NCBI GenBank assembly: GCA_902385625.1
Contig: CABMGE010000007.1
Span: 1,565 to 65,564, forward strand
Reading direction: 5' to 3'
From: an uncultured archaeon
GTDB taxonomy: Archaea > Nanobdellota > Nanobdellia > Pacearchaeales > GW2011-AR1
DNA length: 64,000 bases
Shown here: piece by piece, positions 18,950 to 28,232 of the stretch
Layout of the letters: each line of letters starts with the position of its first letter
Numbering within the stretch: the first letter of the stretch is position 1
Program-made: the position numbers and the translations under genes
Notes under the pieces: model-generated
Seen by the model: the letters and a program-made list of their open reading frames with translations, nothing else
Told to the model about the DNA's origin: nothing
Database searches by the model: none

Positions 18950-19030
18950 TGCTTTTCAATTAAAATATAGTTTATAACATTTTTGTAACACATTTTATCA
19001 CATTTTTTATCATAATTTTTGTAATACAAA

Positions 19031-19060
19031 TCGTGGGGGCGTTAATCCTTATGGACTTAA
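19031..19060 (+). repeat. att-like repeat copy C
   Basis: tcgtgggggcgttaatccttatggacttaa. Confidence 0.55.
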
Positions 19061-19104
19061 ATCTCCGTTAAATAGAATCAAAATTGTGAATGAAGATGAA
19101 TAAT

Positions 19105-19281
19105 TTATCTTTTTTTCTTTTCATCATACGAAGTATCAATTAAAGCTGTTACAATAAACAGAATTAGGGTAATAGAAGTAATTAAGAGATTGGAGTCATT
19201 TGAAGCAACAACCCAAACAAAAAATGCTCCAAAGATTATTGTAAGCATCCTACAAACAGCGCGGATATAGTTGAATTTCAT
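19105..19281 (-). CDS. unannotated 58-aa small membrane protein
   Basis: Hand-translated as MKFNYIRAVCRMLTIIFGAFFVWVVAS...; it is below the ORF-track cutoff. Confidence 0.25.
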   Translation of the reverse strand: MKFNYIRAVCRMLTIIFGAFFVWVVASNDSNLLITSITLILFIVTALIDTSYDEKKKR

Positions 19282-19351
19282 TTTAAGTTTCCTCTTATTT
19301 ACATTTTGAATTACTTATTTAAATTATGGGGTGTTTAACTAATTATTACTG

Positions 19352-20191
19352 TTATCTTCCAAAAAGTCCACTTAACCATCTAAAAAATTTAGCGATTATA
19401 TTATTACTAGCACATTTATTATCAATACATAAATTACTTGTGCATTCGAAATTATTTTTACATTGAGAACTAGACGATAATTGAAGAGAGAATCCATCTT
19501 GTGAGCAATACTCTTTATTTTTACGATATCCGAATGGGTAACATTTGTTATCATCTTGGCAATTATGTCCGCAAGTATAAACAATTCTATTCACTTGGTC
19601 AATCTCTGGAATTTCTACTGGCTGATTTGTAACCCCTACAACTTTTTCTGTCCCTAAACATCGTCCATCTTCACAACCAAAAGGACAAACATAAATAGCT
19701 TCTCTACTTGTTACATCAACATATCCTTCTTTATCACAAAAATATTCAAACAGGCCTTCTTCTTTACCTGGCTGAGGGACTTGATTATCTTTAACACAAA
19801 TATCTGACATAATTTGATACTCTTTAATTCCATTTTCTATTCTTTGAGCAGATCCCAAAGTCTCGCCTTTTGTATAATAACTTTTTCCCTCATCAGAATC
19901 AATACATTGCTCTTTCTTTTCTCCCTTTATACATGCACCATCTTTACATCCGTTTGCACATTGATAGCCATGTACTCCCAGGCCTTCGATACAAGTTCCT
20001 TCTTGCAATCCTGTATCTGACACACATTCGTCTGTCCATGAACCCTTGTAGTCAGGAGGGCTATTTAGGGTAGTTCCTTTTTCAAAATAATTCCTGCCAT
20101 TATCACTATCATTACACTCTTCAGCAGAAATAAATCCAATAAATAGAGTTATACCTAAAATTAAAGCAATAGCAAATATTCCTCTTTTCAT
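19352..20191 (-). CDS. secreted cysteine-rich protein
   Basis: Signal peptide followed by more than 25 Cys in repeated C-x-C/CxxC patterns. Confidence 0.5.
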   Translation of the reverse strand: MKRGIFAIALILGITLFIGFISAEECNDSDNGRNYFEKGTTLNSPPDYKGSWTDECVSDTGLQEGTCIEGLGVHGYQCANGCKDGACIKGEKKEQCIDSDEGKSYYTKGETLGSAQRIENGIKEYQIMSDICVKDNQVPQPGKEEGLFEYFCDKEGYVDVTSREAIYVCPFGCEDGRCLGTEKVVGVTNQPVEIPEIDQVNRIVYTCGHNCQDDNKCYPFGYRKNKEYCSQDGFSLQLSSSSQCKNNFECTSNLCIDNKCASNNIIAKFFRWLSGLFGR

Positions 20192-20298
20192 GATATCTAG
20201 TGGATTAATATATTTAAAAATCTATTGTCAACTCAGGTCAGAGGAGCACTTAACTGCCTATTTTTGCATAGTTTAACGTTAATTATCTCGCAGGGGCA

Positions 20299-20343
20299 TT
20301 TAATTTAATGTATATATTTTATACATTGAAATGTATAAAATAG
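20299..20343 (+). repeat. conserved intergenic module Y, copy 1
   Basis: ttaatgtatatattttatacattgaaatgtataaaat, with the internal palindrome atgtata...tatacat. Confidence 0.55.
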
Positions 20344-20384
20344 TTATAGACAGTTGTTATTGCTTGAAGTAAATTCAACCAATA

Positions 20385-20466
20385 ACAATTTTTAGCTAAA
20401 TTTACTTTAGATAAAAATTGCTAACTGTTCGAAAGCACTCTAGAGTCATCTGCGAAGCAGATTACC
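20385..20466 (+). repeat. conserved intergenic module X, copy 2
   Basis: See copy 1. It ends 45 nt before the recQ ATG. Confidence 0.6.
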
Positions 20467-20510
20467 TCGTTTTAAATGATGAAAAGTCTTTTAAACATAA
20501 TCTCTGATTA

Positions 20511-22109
20511 ATGAAGATGAATGAGTTACTAAAAAAGTATTTTGGTTATGACGAGTTCAAGCCGATGCAGTTGGACATCATAAAAAATGTACTTTTAAAA
20601 AAAGATGTGATGGTCATAATGCCCACAGGCGGAGGTAAATCAATTTGTTATCAACTACCAGCATTAAAACTAGATGGGCTTACGATAGTCATCTCTCCAT
20701 TAATTTCACTTATGAAAGATCAAGTAGATGGTCTTCAGGCCAACGGAATAGAAGCAGAATTCATAAATTCCTCGCTTCCTTTTGAAGATATCATTGAAAT
20801 TCAAGAAAGGATCCAAAGAAAAGAAATCAAACTATTATATATTGCACCAGAAAGACTTGCTATTGAAAGGTTCAAAATATTTTTAAGCACATTACAAATA
20901 AGCCTTATTGCAGTAGATGAAGCACATTGCATTTCAGAATGGGGGCATGATTTTAGACCTGATTATAGAAATTTAAAATCCTTAAGGATACTTTTTCCAA
21001 ATACACCCATAATGGCGCTTACTGCAACTGCAACAGAAAAAGTAAGATCTGATGTAATAAACCAACTTTCATTAAAAGATCCAAAGATATTCATCTCAAG
21101 TTTTGATCGGAAGAACTTAAAATTAAAAATACTAGAGAAAAAAAAATCTTTTGAAAAAATATTAAAATTATTAAAATCATATAAAGATCAGTCTGCTATC
21201 ATATATTGTTTTTCTAGAAAAGATGCAGAAAAAATTGCAACAGATCTTCGTTACCATGGTCACACAGCACTACCTTACCATGCAGGTTTACCTCCCTTGA
21301 TAAGACAAAGAAATCAGGATATGTTCATCAAGGATAAAGTAGATATCATTGTTGCAACAATAGCATTTGGAATGGGAATTGATAAACCTGATGTAAGACT
21401 TATAATTCATCATACATTTCCAAAAACCCTTGAAGGTTATTATCAGGAGATAGGAAGGGCAGGCCGAGATGGACTTTCAAGTGATTGTGTTTTATTTTAT
21501 ACGCCTGTCGACAAAAAAAAGCATGATTTTTTCATTGATAAACTTCAAGATGTGGATTCTAAAAATAAAGCAAGAAATAAATTACGCGCAGTAATGAATT
21601 ATTGTGAGGATGAAAATTGCAGAAGAAAACACCTTTTAAGATATTTTGGAGAAGATTTTTTACAAGATAACTGCCAGGCATGTGATTTTTGTCTTGGTGA
21701 AATAGGTTTATTAACCGAAAGAAAAGAGCTAGAAGAATCACCTATTAAAAAGATCAATGATATATTTGACAAAGGAATAACACAATATGACGTGGTTTTA
21801 TTTGAAAAACTAAAAGTATTAAGGAAAGAAATAGCTGCTGAAAGAAATGTCCCTCCGTTTGTAATATTTGGAGATGTTTCGCTTAGAGAAATGGCATATT
21901 ATTCACCAAAGACAGAACGTATGTTTTTGAAGATTAAAGGAGTTGGAGAACAAAAACTAAAAGATTTTGGATCCAGATTCTTAGAGGTCATAAAAACTCA
22001 TGATAAAGAAAGACATAAATCCCTGGATACCAATCCCAAGGATAAACCATTAAGTGACACAGAAGAAATTCAAAGACAGATAAGAGAATTAATGAAAAAG
22101 AAGGGATAA
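20511..22109 (+). CDS. recQ: ATP-dependent DNA helicase RecQ
   Basis: MPTGGGKS Walker A, DEAH box, RecQ zinc-binding Cys cluster, and a C-terminal HRDC-like region. Confidence 0.85.
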   Translation: MKMNELLKKYFGYDEFKPMQLDIIKNVLLKKDVMVIMPTGGGKSICYQLPALKLDGLTIVISPLISLMKDQVDGLQANGIEAEFINSSLPFEDIIEIQERIQRKEIKLLYIAPERLAIERFKIFLSTLQISLIAVDEAHCISEWGHDFRPDYRNLKSLRILFPNTPIMALTATATEKVRSDVINQLSLKDPKIFISSFDRKNLKLKILEKKKSFEKILKLLKSYKDQSAIIYCFSRKDAEKIATDLRYHGHTALPYHAGLPPLIRQRNQDMFIKDKVDIIVATIAFGMGIDKPDVRLIIHHTFPKTLEGYYQEIGRAGRDGLSSDCVLFYTPVDKKKHDFFIDKLQDVDSKNKARNKLRAVMNYCEDENCRRKHLLRYFGEDFLQDNCQACDFCLGEIGLLTERKELEESPIKKINDIFDKGITQYDVVLFEKLKVLRKEIAAERNVPPFVIFGDVSLREMAYYSPKTERMFLKIKGVGEQKLKDFGSRFLEVIKTHDKERHKSLDTNPKDKPLSDTEEIQRQIRELMKKKG

Positions 22110-22172
22110 TATCTTAAATCAGATAATTAATTTGAAACTACATTTTATAAATCCCAATATCCTGGCTTAATC

Positions 22173-22832
22173 ATGAAGCTGAAAAAGAGGGTAAGGGATT
22201 TCAAGAAATATTATGAAAATAATTTATGGGTTTCAATAGCAATAGTAATTCTACTTATTTTATCTTTGGGACTAATTGAACATTATGCAGGAAGGCTCTT
22301 AATTTGTAAATGTGGTTATGTTTCGTTATGGTATAACAATGCAAATGGCCCTGGAAATTCGCAGCATTTGTTTGATTGGTACAGTTTCAGCCATATTATT
22401 CATGGAATAATATTTTTTGCAATACTTTCCCTGCTCTTCAAAAAAATGCCACTCAGAACAAAATTAATAATAGCAGTCATAATAGAATGCGCCTGGGAAG
22501 GTCTAGAAAATTCTCCTATAATCATCAATAGATACAGAACAGCAACTTTTTCTTTAGATTACTATGGGGATAGTATCATAAATTCTATCTTTGATGTAAT
22601 TTCAATGATTGTTGGATTTATACTTGCATTTAAGCTCAAAAAATGGCATATAGTTGCAATGGTAATTTTCATGGAATTATTTACATTATATATGATAAGG
22701 GACAATTTAACACTAAATATTATTAATCTTATTTATCCAACTGAATTAATAAAAAATTGGCAATCTGCAGCAGTTCCTTTAAAAGAAGTAATAAAAATAA
22801 CAATTTTTAACAAACTCTTTCTTCCACTTTAG
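22173..22832 (+). CDS. polytopic membrane protein, hypothetical
   Basis: 219 aa with about 5 TM helices. Confidence 0.4.
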   Translation: MKLKKRVRDFKKYYENNLWVSIAIVILLILSLGLIEHYAGRLLICKCGYVSLWYNNANGPGNSQHLFDWYSFSHIIHGIIFFAILSLLFKKMPLRTKLIIAVIIECAWEGLENSPIIINRYRTATFSLDYYGDSIINSIFDVISMIVGFILAFKLKKWHIVAMVIFMELFTLYMIRDNLTLNIINLIYPTELIKNWQSAAVPLKEVIKITIFNKLFLPL

Positions 22833-23093
22833 TTAAATAAATCATTACTTAGTTGTTGATTATCTCCTAGTACGGATTAAAAGATAATCAATAAAAACTC
22901 ATCCAAAAGAAAAATAAACCTATAAGAAAGATTATTGATCCCCCCATCACGTATTCCCAAATAAGAACCTATAATTGGTTGTATAACATATCTTAAGTTT
23001 GAAGGTTCTGCAAAAAATTCCATCATTAAACTGTTAAGTTTTTTATTTTAATATACTCTAGTTGTATAAAAAATAATACATAATAAGTAATCT

Positions 23094-23633
23094 TTATTCT
23101 TTATTCTTTATCTTTTGCATAAGTCCTAGCATACCTTTTAAAATATCCTCGGGTGTTGGAGGATTTCCAGGTATTTTCATATCAACAGGCAAGACCTTTT
23201 CAACTGAGCCTACAACTGCATAACTATCTTTGAATATTCCTGTACCGCATGCATCATCTCCAAGCGCAATTACAAATTTTGGCGATGGAGCTGCTTCATA
23301 AGTCTTTTTTAATGCTTCAAGCATGTTTAAGGCAACAGGACCTGTAACAAGGATTATATCGGCATGACGCGGAGAAGCAACAAAATTTATTCCAAAGCGT
23401 TCTATATCATAATAAGGTGTTGTGAGATTCACAAGTTCAATTTCAGGAGAATTATCGCTTCCAGTGTCAACAAGTCTTATAGAAATACTTTTTCCAAAGA
23501 TTTTATCCACTTCTTTTTTGAGTTTAAGTCCTAATTCTTCAAACTCTTTATCTTTAAATTTAAAACTTTCTGTTTTTCTCTTAAATAGATTTGATATTGG
23601 AATTGCCATTTTATTATAAATCATTTCCCTCAT
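23094..23633 (-). CDS. NuoB/hydrogenase-small-subunit-like protein lacking the Fe-S ligand cysteines
   Basis: SPRHADIILVTGPV and PVDMKIPGNPPTPE align with NuoB. The GxCCxxE, GxCA and PGCPP positions read GSDNS, GDDAC and PGNPP. Confidence 0.65.
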   Translation of the reverse strand: MREMIYNKMAIPISNLFKRKTESFKFKDKEFEELGLKLKKEVDKIFGKSISIRLVDTGSDNSPEIELVNLTTPYYDIERFGINFVASPRHADIILVTGPVALNMLEALKKTYEAAPSPKFVIALGDDACGTGIFKDSYAVVGSVEKVLPVDMKIPGNPPTPEDILKGMLGLMQKIKNKE

Positions 23634-25173
23634 ATGAAAGATTCATGCTTTTGTTTATTAAAGGAAAATCAGGTACAATATTGCCAATAACAGCAGGTTC
23701 AATAGCATACCAATTGCAAAAAGAAGCAGTTCTTATTTTATATCTATCAATTTTTTTATTTTTTATAACTACAAAATGCAAATTTTGTCCTCTGGAAGAC
23801 TCGACAATTGAAAAAGAATATCCGTCAGTTATTTTATAATCAGAAGATATATTTCCGGATGGGATTGAATTTATTACTTCCTTAATTATTCTGGCTGAAT
23901 CTTTTATAGTATCTGCCTTTATTAAAAAACGAGCAAGAACATCTCCTTTGTCCATAACTCTATCTGAAGGTACTATTTTTTCATATAATGCATAGGGATG
24001 CTTTACTCTTACATCGTTATTTATTCCAGAGGCTCTTGCAAGTGGACCGCTAAGATTCATTGGACCAATTAACTCTTTTTTTACAATCCCAGTAGTTTCA
24101 AAACGATCTGATACAAAATAAGAGTTTAGTATGGTATTTACATTTGTTGTAAACTCCTTTGTGAATTTATGAAGATAATCTGATAATTCTTTAAGAACAA
24201 TTGGAGAAACATCACTTGAAACACCGCCAATTTTTAGACTGCCTTTATAAAATCTGGATTTGCTAATAGCTTCATTCCATCTCATTATTTCTTCTCTAAA
24301 TATGAAAAAAGGACTCGAACCAGCTGGATATGCAATATCTACTATCATTCCTGAAAGATCTCCAAGCAAAGAATAGATTCTCTCCATTTCTGCAAATAAA
24401 ACCCTTAGGTGTACTGCTCTTTGCGGCACACGAATCTTGCATATTTTTTCAATTGCATTACAATATGCAAGAGAATTTGCAACACTTTCATCACCGCAAA
24501 TTGATTCTGAAATTAGCAGTCCTTCTTCAGGAGTTTTTCCTTCAGACAATTTTTCAACTCCACGATGTTTCCAAAAATGGCGTATCTCAAGGTTGAAAAT
24601 TGTCTCCCCAATAACACTAAATCTGAAATGACCTGGTGCAATTATTCCTGCATGAACAGGGCCTACGGGTATTTGATAAATTCCTTCTCCTTTTACTTCA
24701 CGAAAAACATATTCTTCTGACTCAGAAATCTTTTTTTTAACTGGTATTTTTGAATTTTTAAATGATTTTAGCAATGGATGGAATTTTTCAGGATAGATTT
24801 CGTGCAAAAATAATCTTCTTGTGTCGCAAGTAGAATCAAAAATTACTCCAAATCCATCTTTTATTTCACGTTCATACAAATAGGCAGTAGGAAATAAAGA
24901 AAATATTGAAATATTTGAGGTTTTAGCATGAGTTTTTACAATTAAAATCTCTTTATATTCTTCATTATCAAAAACATAAAATAAATCAATTCCACGAGAG
25001 TTATCAAAATTGTCAGCAGCAAACATACTGATTAGATTAAATTTTTTATTTTTTAGTGCTTCAACTAACTTGAATACATTTTCTTCAGATATCAAATAAA
25101 TTTCATCTGGATTATTTACAATAGTCTTAATTTTTGTAAATTCTTTTTTTAGTTCGTGAATAAATTTTTCCAT
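23614..25173 (-). CDS. fused NuoC-NuoD / hydrogenase large-subunit-like protein without NiFe ligands
   Basis: NuoC-like N-terminus followed by a NuoD/HycE-like core. The N-terminal RxCGxC motif reads ICGDES, and there is no C-terminal DPCxxC. Confidence 0.7.
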   Translation of the reverse strand: MEKFIHELKKEFTKIKTIVNNPDEIYLISEENVFKLVEALKNKKFNLISMFAADNFDNSRGIDLFYVFDNEEYKEILIVKTHAKTSNISIFSLFPTAYLYEREIKDGFGVIFDSTCDTRRLFLHEIYPEKFHPLLKSFKNSKIPVKKKISESEEYVFREVKGEGIYQIPVGPVHAGIIAPGHFRFSVIGETIFNLEIRHFWKHRGVEKLSEGKTPEEGLLISESICGDESVANSLAYCNAIEKICKIRVPQRAVHLRVLFAEMERIYSLLGDLSGMIVDIAYPAGSSPFFIFREEIMRWNEAISKSRFYKGSLKIGGVSSDVSPIVLKELSDYLHKFTKEFTTNVNTILNSYFVSDRFETTGIVKKELIGPMNLSGPLARASGINNDVRVKHPYALYEKIVPSDRVMDKGDVLARFLIKADTIKDSARIIKEVINSIPSGNISSDYKITDGYSFSIVESSRGQNLHFVVIKNKKIDRYKIRTASFCNWYAIEPAVIGNIVPDFPLINKSMNLSYEGNDL

Positions 25174-25174
25174 A

Positions 25175-26620
25175 TTAATTTCCTGTGAGTTTTAAGGTTA
25201 TAATTTTAAGTAGATTTTGTAGTCCCTGGGGGAAATAAACTCCCAAAATAAATAAAATAACAATTAAAATAATTATTGGAATTTTCATGCTTAAATATAT
25301 TCGGTATTTTTCTATTTTTTCTTTTCCCTGGAATGTAGTTAGATTAATAATAAGCCAGATGAATGATCCTGCAGCAACAAAAAGGAAAAAAAGAACTAAA
25401 AGACATAATAACAATGAACTTTGTGCAAGCGAAGTCAAGATATAAAATTTAGGGAAGAAAATTGGAAAAAGAGGTGTTCCGATTATTGCAATACTTCCAA
25501 TAATTAGTCCAAAACAAGCAAGAGGCTGCAATTTTAAAATATCCTTTATATTTCCGGCTTTCATGCTTCCTGACTGCCTGTGAATAATACCTGCTGAAAA
25601 GAATAATAATGCTTTTACAAGTGCATGTGCTAAAATATAATACAAAACCCAGAACATGTTTCCAAGGGCAATTCCAATGAGCATGAATCCCATATTTTCC
25701 ACACTTGAATAAGCGATTAGTTTTTTCAAATTGGTTCTGACAAGCATGCTTAAGCTTGCAACTGCCACAGTTAGAATTCCGAATATCATCAAAATAATTG
25801 ATGCAGCAGGACCCATGCTAGTTGGAGCAATTAGAACATACATTCGGATTATTGCATAGATACCAATATTTAGTACAACTCCTGAGAGTAATGCGCTAAC
25901 ATCTGAAGCTGCTTTTGAGTGCGATGGAGGAAGCCAGGTGTGGAAAGGAACTATGCCTGATTTTGCAGCAAAGCCAATAAACATGAAAATAAATGAAAAA
26001 AATAACAGTTGCGGAGAGATCTGCTGAGATATTGAAAACAATACATCCCAATTCAGGGTTGAAACTCCATTAACACTTTTACTTGCAGCAAAAAGAAAAA
26101 TAAGTCCAATAAATGAAAATAGCATTGCTGTAGAGGTTATAAAAACATATTTCATTGCTGCGACAATATTTTCCTTTGCATTAAGTGTTACAATAAGAGT
26201 TGCTGAAAGTATTGTAGTTATTTCTGCAAATATCCATAATAGAGCCAAATTATTTGAACTAAATACCAGAACCATGCTAAACAATAAAAAATTATAACTT
26301 AGGTAAAACAATTTTATATTTGTCTTATTAAATTCTTTTTCATGTATAAGGGATTTTATATATCCCTCTGCATAAATTGCAGCGAGTAAGAAAATTATTC
26401 CTGCGATTAAAATCTCATAAATACTAAATGCATCAAGCATCAGATAATTGTTTTTTAATACTGAAATAGGTAAATTAAATCTCAAAAGTAAATATGAATA
26501 TATCAGGATAATACTTAATGAATGAAGCACGGTTACATAATTCATTGTCTTACGAGACCTCGAAAATAATACTATTAAGGACACTGCCAAGAGTATAATT
26601 ATTATAATTGCAAGTATCAT
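25175..26620 (-). CDS. NuoN/MrpD/HyfF-like antiporter-type membrane subunit
   Basis: About 14 TM helices with the characteristic central conserved region. Confidence 0.7.
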   Translation of the reverse strand: MILAIIIIILLAVSLIVLFSRSRKTMNYVTVLHSLSIILIYSYLLLRFNLPISVLKNNYLMLDAFSIYEILIAGIIFLLAAIYAEGYIKSLIHEKEFNKTNIKLFYLSYNFLLFSMVLVFSSNNLALLWIFAEITTILSATLIVTLNAKENIVAAMKYVFITSTAMLFSFIGLIFLFAASKSVNGVSTLNWDVLFSISQQISPQLLFFSFIFMFIGFAAKSGIVPFHTWLPPSHSKAASDVSALLSGVVLNIGIYAIIRMYVLIAPTSMGPAASIILMIFGILTVAVASLSMLVRTNLKKLIAYSSVENMGFMLIGIALGNMFWVLYYILAHALVKALLFFSAGIIHRQSGSMKAGNIKDILKLQPLACFGLIIGSIAIIGTPLFPIFFPKFYILTSLAQSSLLLCLLVLFFLFVAAGSFIWLIINLTTFQGKEKIEKYRIYLSMKIPIIILIVILFILGVYFPQGLQNLLKIITLKLTGN

Positions 26621-27303
26621 TTTTTAGCCCTCCTATTAAACCAATTATGGAAAGGATTTAATTTTTTATGGAATTCTTCCATAGATGAATCCATACCAAA
26701 GCCCAGTATGCAAGTAATTGCAACTAAAACTAGCAGGTCCATAAGAACCATCATTTCAATTAAAAGAGGCATCTCTCCAATAAAAAGGCTTAAGAGCACA
26801 ACTCCATTTTCCATAACTAAATACCCAATTATTTTAACTATTATTTTTCTTCTACTAAAAATAATCATAAATCCAATCATTACAAGAGAAAATCCAATTA
26901 TAACTCCAAAATAATAAAGTGAACTAAGCCCTAAATAATCTTTTATTTTTGAGAAAATAAAAAAACTGAAAATAATTATTAGCAGACTAACAAATATAGA
27001 TGATACTGGTTTTAGATAATGATATTCTATATCTGTAAATATTTTCATATGCCATTTGGTCCATCTCAGTAATATTGGAATAAGGACTGACTTGGAAATT
27101 ATTGTAAGGGCTGCTGCAAATAAGAAGGTATAGTTTCCTTCAGATAAAAAAAACAAGATCGCAATAAACGAAAGTACAAGTGAGTGCAAAGAATAAACAT
27201 TTATTAAAGAGACTAAATTCCTTCGAGAAATAATAATTGTTGTAAGTATTACTAGCAGTACAAGTGATATTTTTAACAATTCATCGATTAAAACAGGATT
27301 CAT
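26617..27303 (-). CDS. HyfE-like small membrane subunit
   Basis: Polytopic 228-aa protein at the position HyfE occupies in hyf operon order. Confidence 0.5.
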   Translation of the reverse strand: MNPVLIDELLKISLVLLVILTTIIISRRNLVSLINVYSLHSLVLSFIAILFFLSEGNYTFLFAAALTIISKSVLIPILLRWTKWHMKIFTDIEYHYLKPVSSIFVSLLIIIFSFFIFSKIKDYLGLSSLYYFGVIIGFSLVMIGFMIIFSRRKIIVKIIGYLVMENGVVLLSLFIGEMPLLIEMMVLMDLLVLVAITCILGFGMDSSMEEFHKKLNPFHNWFNRRAKK

Positions 27304-28232
27304 AGCAACATCTCCATCATAAGTGTAATTAACGAAAGTAAAAAAGCTATTGCAAAAATGATTGGAAGCCTAAATAACCTGGATTTTGCAATAAATGATT
27401 CTATTATTCCAATGCTTATTGCAAGAATTATACTTTTAATTAAAAAGGCAATTAAAGAGGTTCCAATTCCGATAAGAGATAAAGGCAGATTAAATCCTAT
27501 TGGAAAAAATAGATTAATAATTATTGCCATAAGTAATACTTGTTTTACTCCTGAAGATAATTCCATTAGTGCAAGATTTTTTCCTGACTGCTCAAGAATC
27601 ATTGCTTCATGAACCATTGTAAGTTCCAGATGTGTTTCAGGATTATCAATAGGTATTCTTGCAGTCTCAGTTAAAAGAACAATTATAAGCGGAATTAAGA
27701 GTAACCACAAAGAAGCATGAACAAGGCCTACTGATGTAGCCCCAAATATTTCAAAAAAATTGACACTGTTATAAACAAATGCCAGAGTTGCAAAAATTAT
27801 TATTACTATTGGCTCAATTATTGATGAGATACTCATTTCTCTTGAACTTCCCATTCCACCAAAAGTACTTCCTGCATCAAGACCAGCAAGAGCCATAAAA
27901 AACTTGGCAAGAGCTAGAATATAGAGGAAAAGTATTATATTACCAAAGCCAAAATAATTATCAGGTATAAATAGCAGAGGTACAAATAATATTGCAACTA
28001 TACTGCAGATAATATTAATATAAGGAGCTACCCTCATTATAAAAGAGGAGTTAGTTGAATAAATACTCTCTTTTTTGAAGAGTTTTAATAAATTATAATA
28101 TGCCTGAAATAATTTCGGGCCTTTTCTTCCTTGAAATAATGCCTTGACTTTTTTTATGAGTGATATATAAAAAGGAGCCAGGATAAGAACCACTAGTATA
28201 TTGACTATTGCAAATAAAAAAAAGCTAATCAT
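27300..28232 (-). CDS. NuoH/HyfC-like membrane subunit
   Basis: About 8 TM helices with NuoH-like loops. Confidence 0.7.
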   Translation of the reverse strand: MISFFLFAIVNILVVLILAPFYISLIKKVKALFQGRKGPKLFQAYYNLLKLFKKESIYSTNSSFIMRVAPYINIICSIVAILFVPLLFIPDNYFGFGNIILFLYILALAKFFMALAGLDAGSTFGGMGSSREMSISSIIEPIVIIIFATLAFVYNSVNFFEIFGATSVGLVHASLWLLLIPLIIVLLTETARIPIDNPETHLELTMVHEAMILEQSGKNLALMELSSGVKQVLLMAIIINLFFPIGFNLPLSLIGIGTSLIAFLIKSIILAISIGIIESFIAKSRLFRLPIIFAIAFLLSLITLMMEMLL

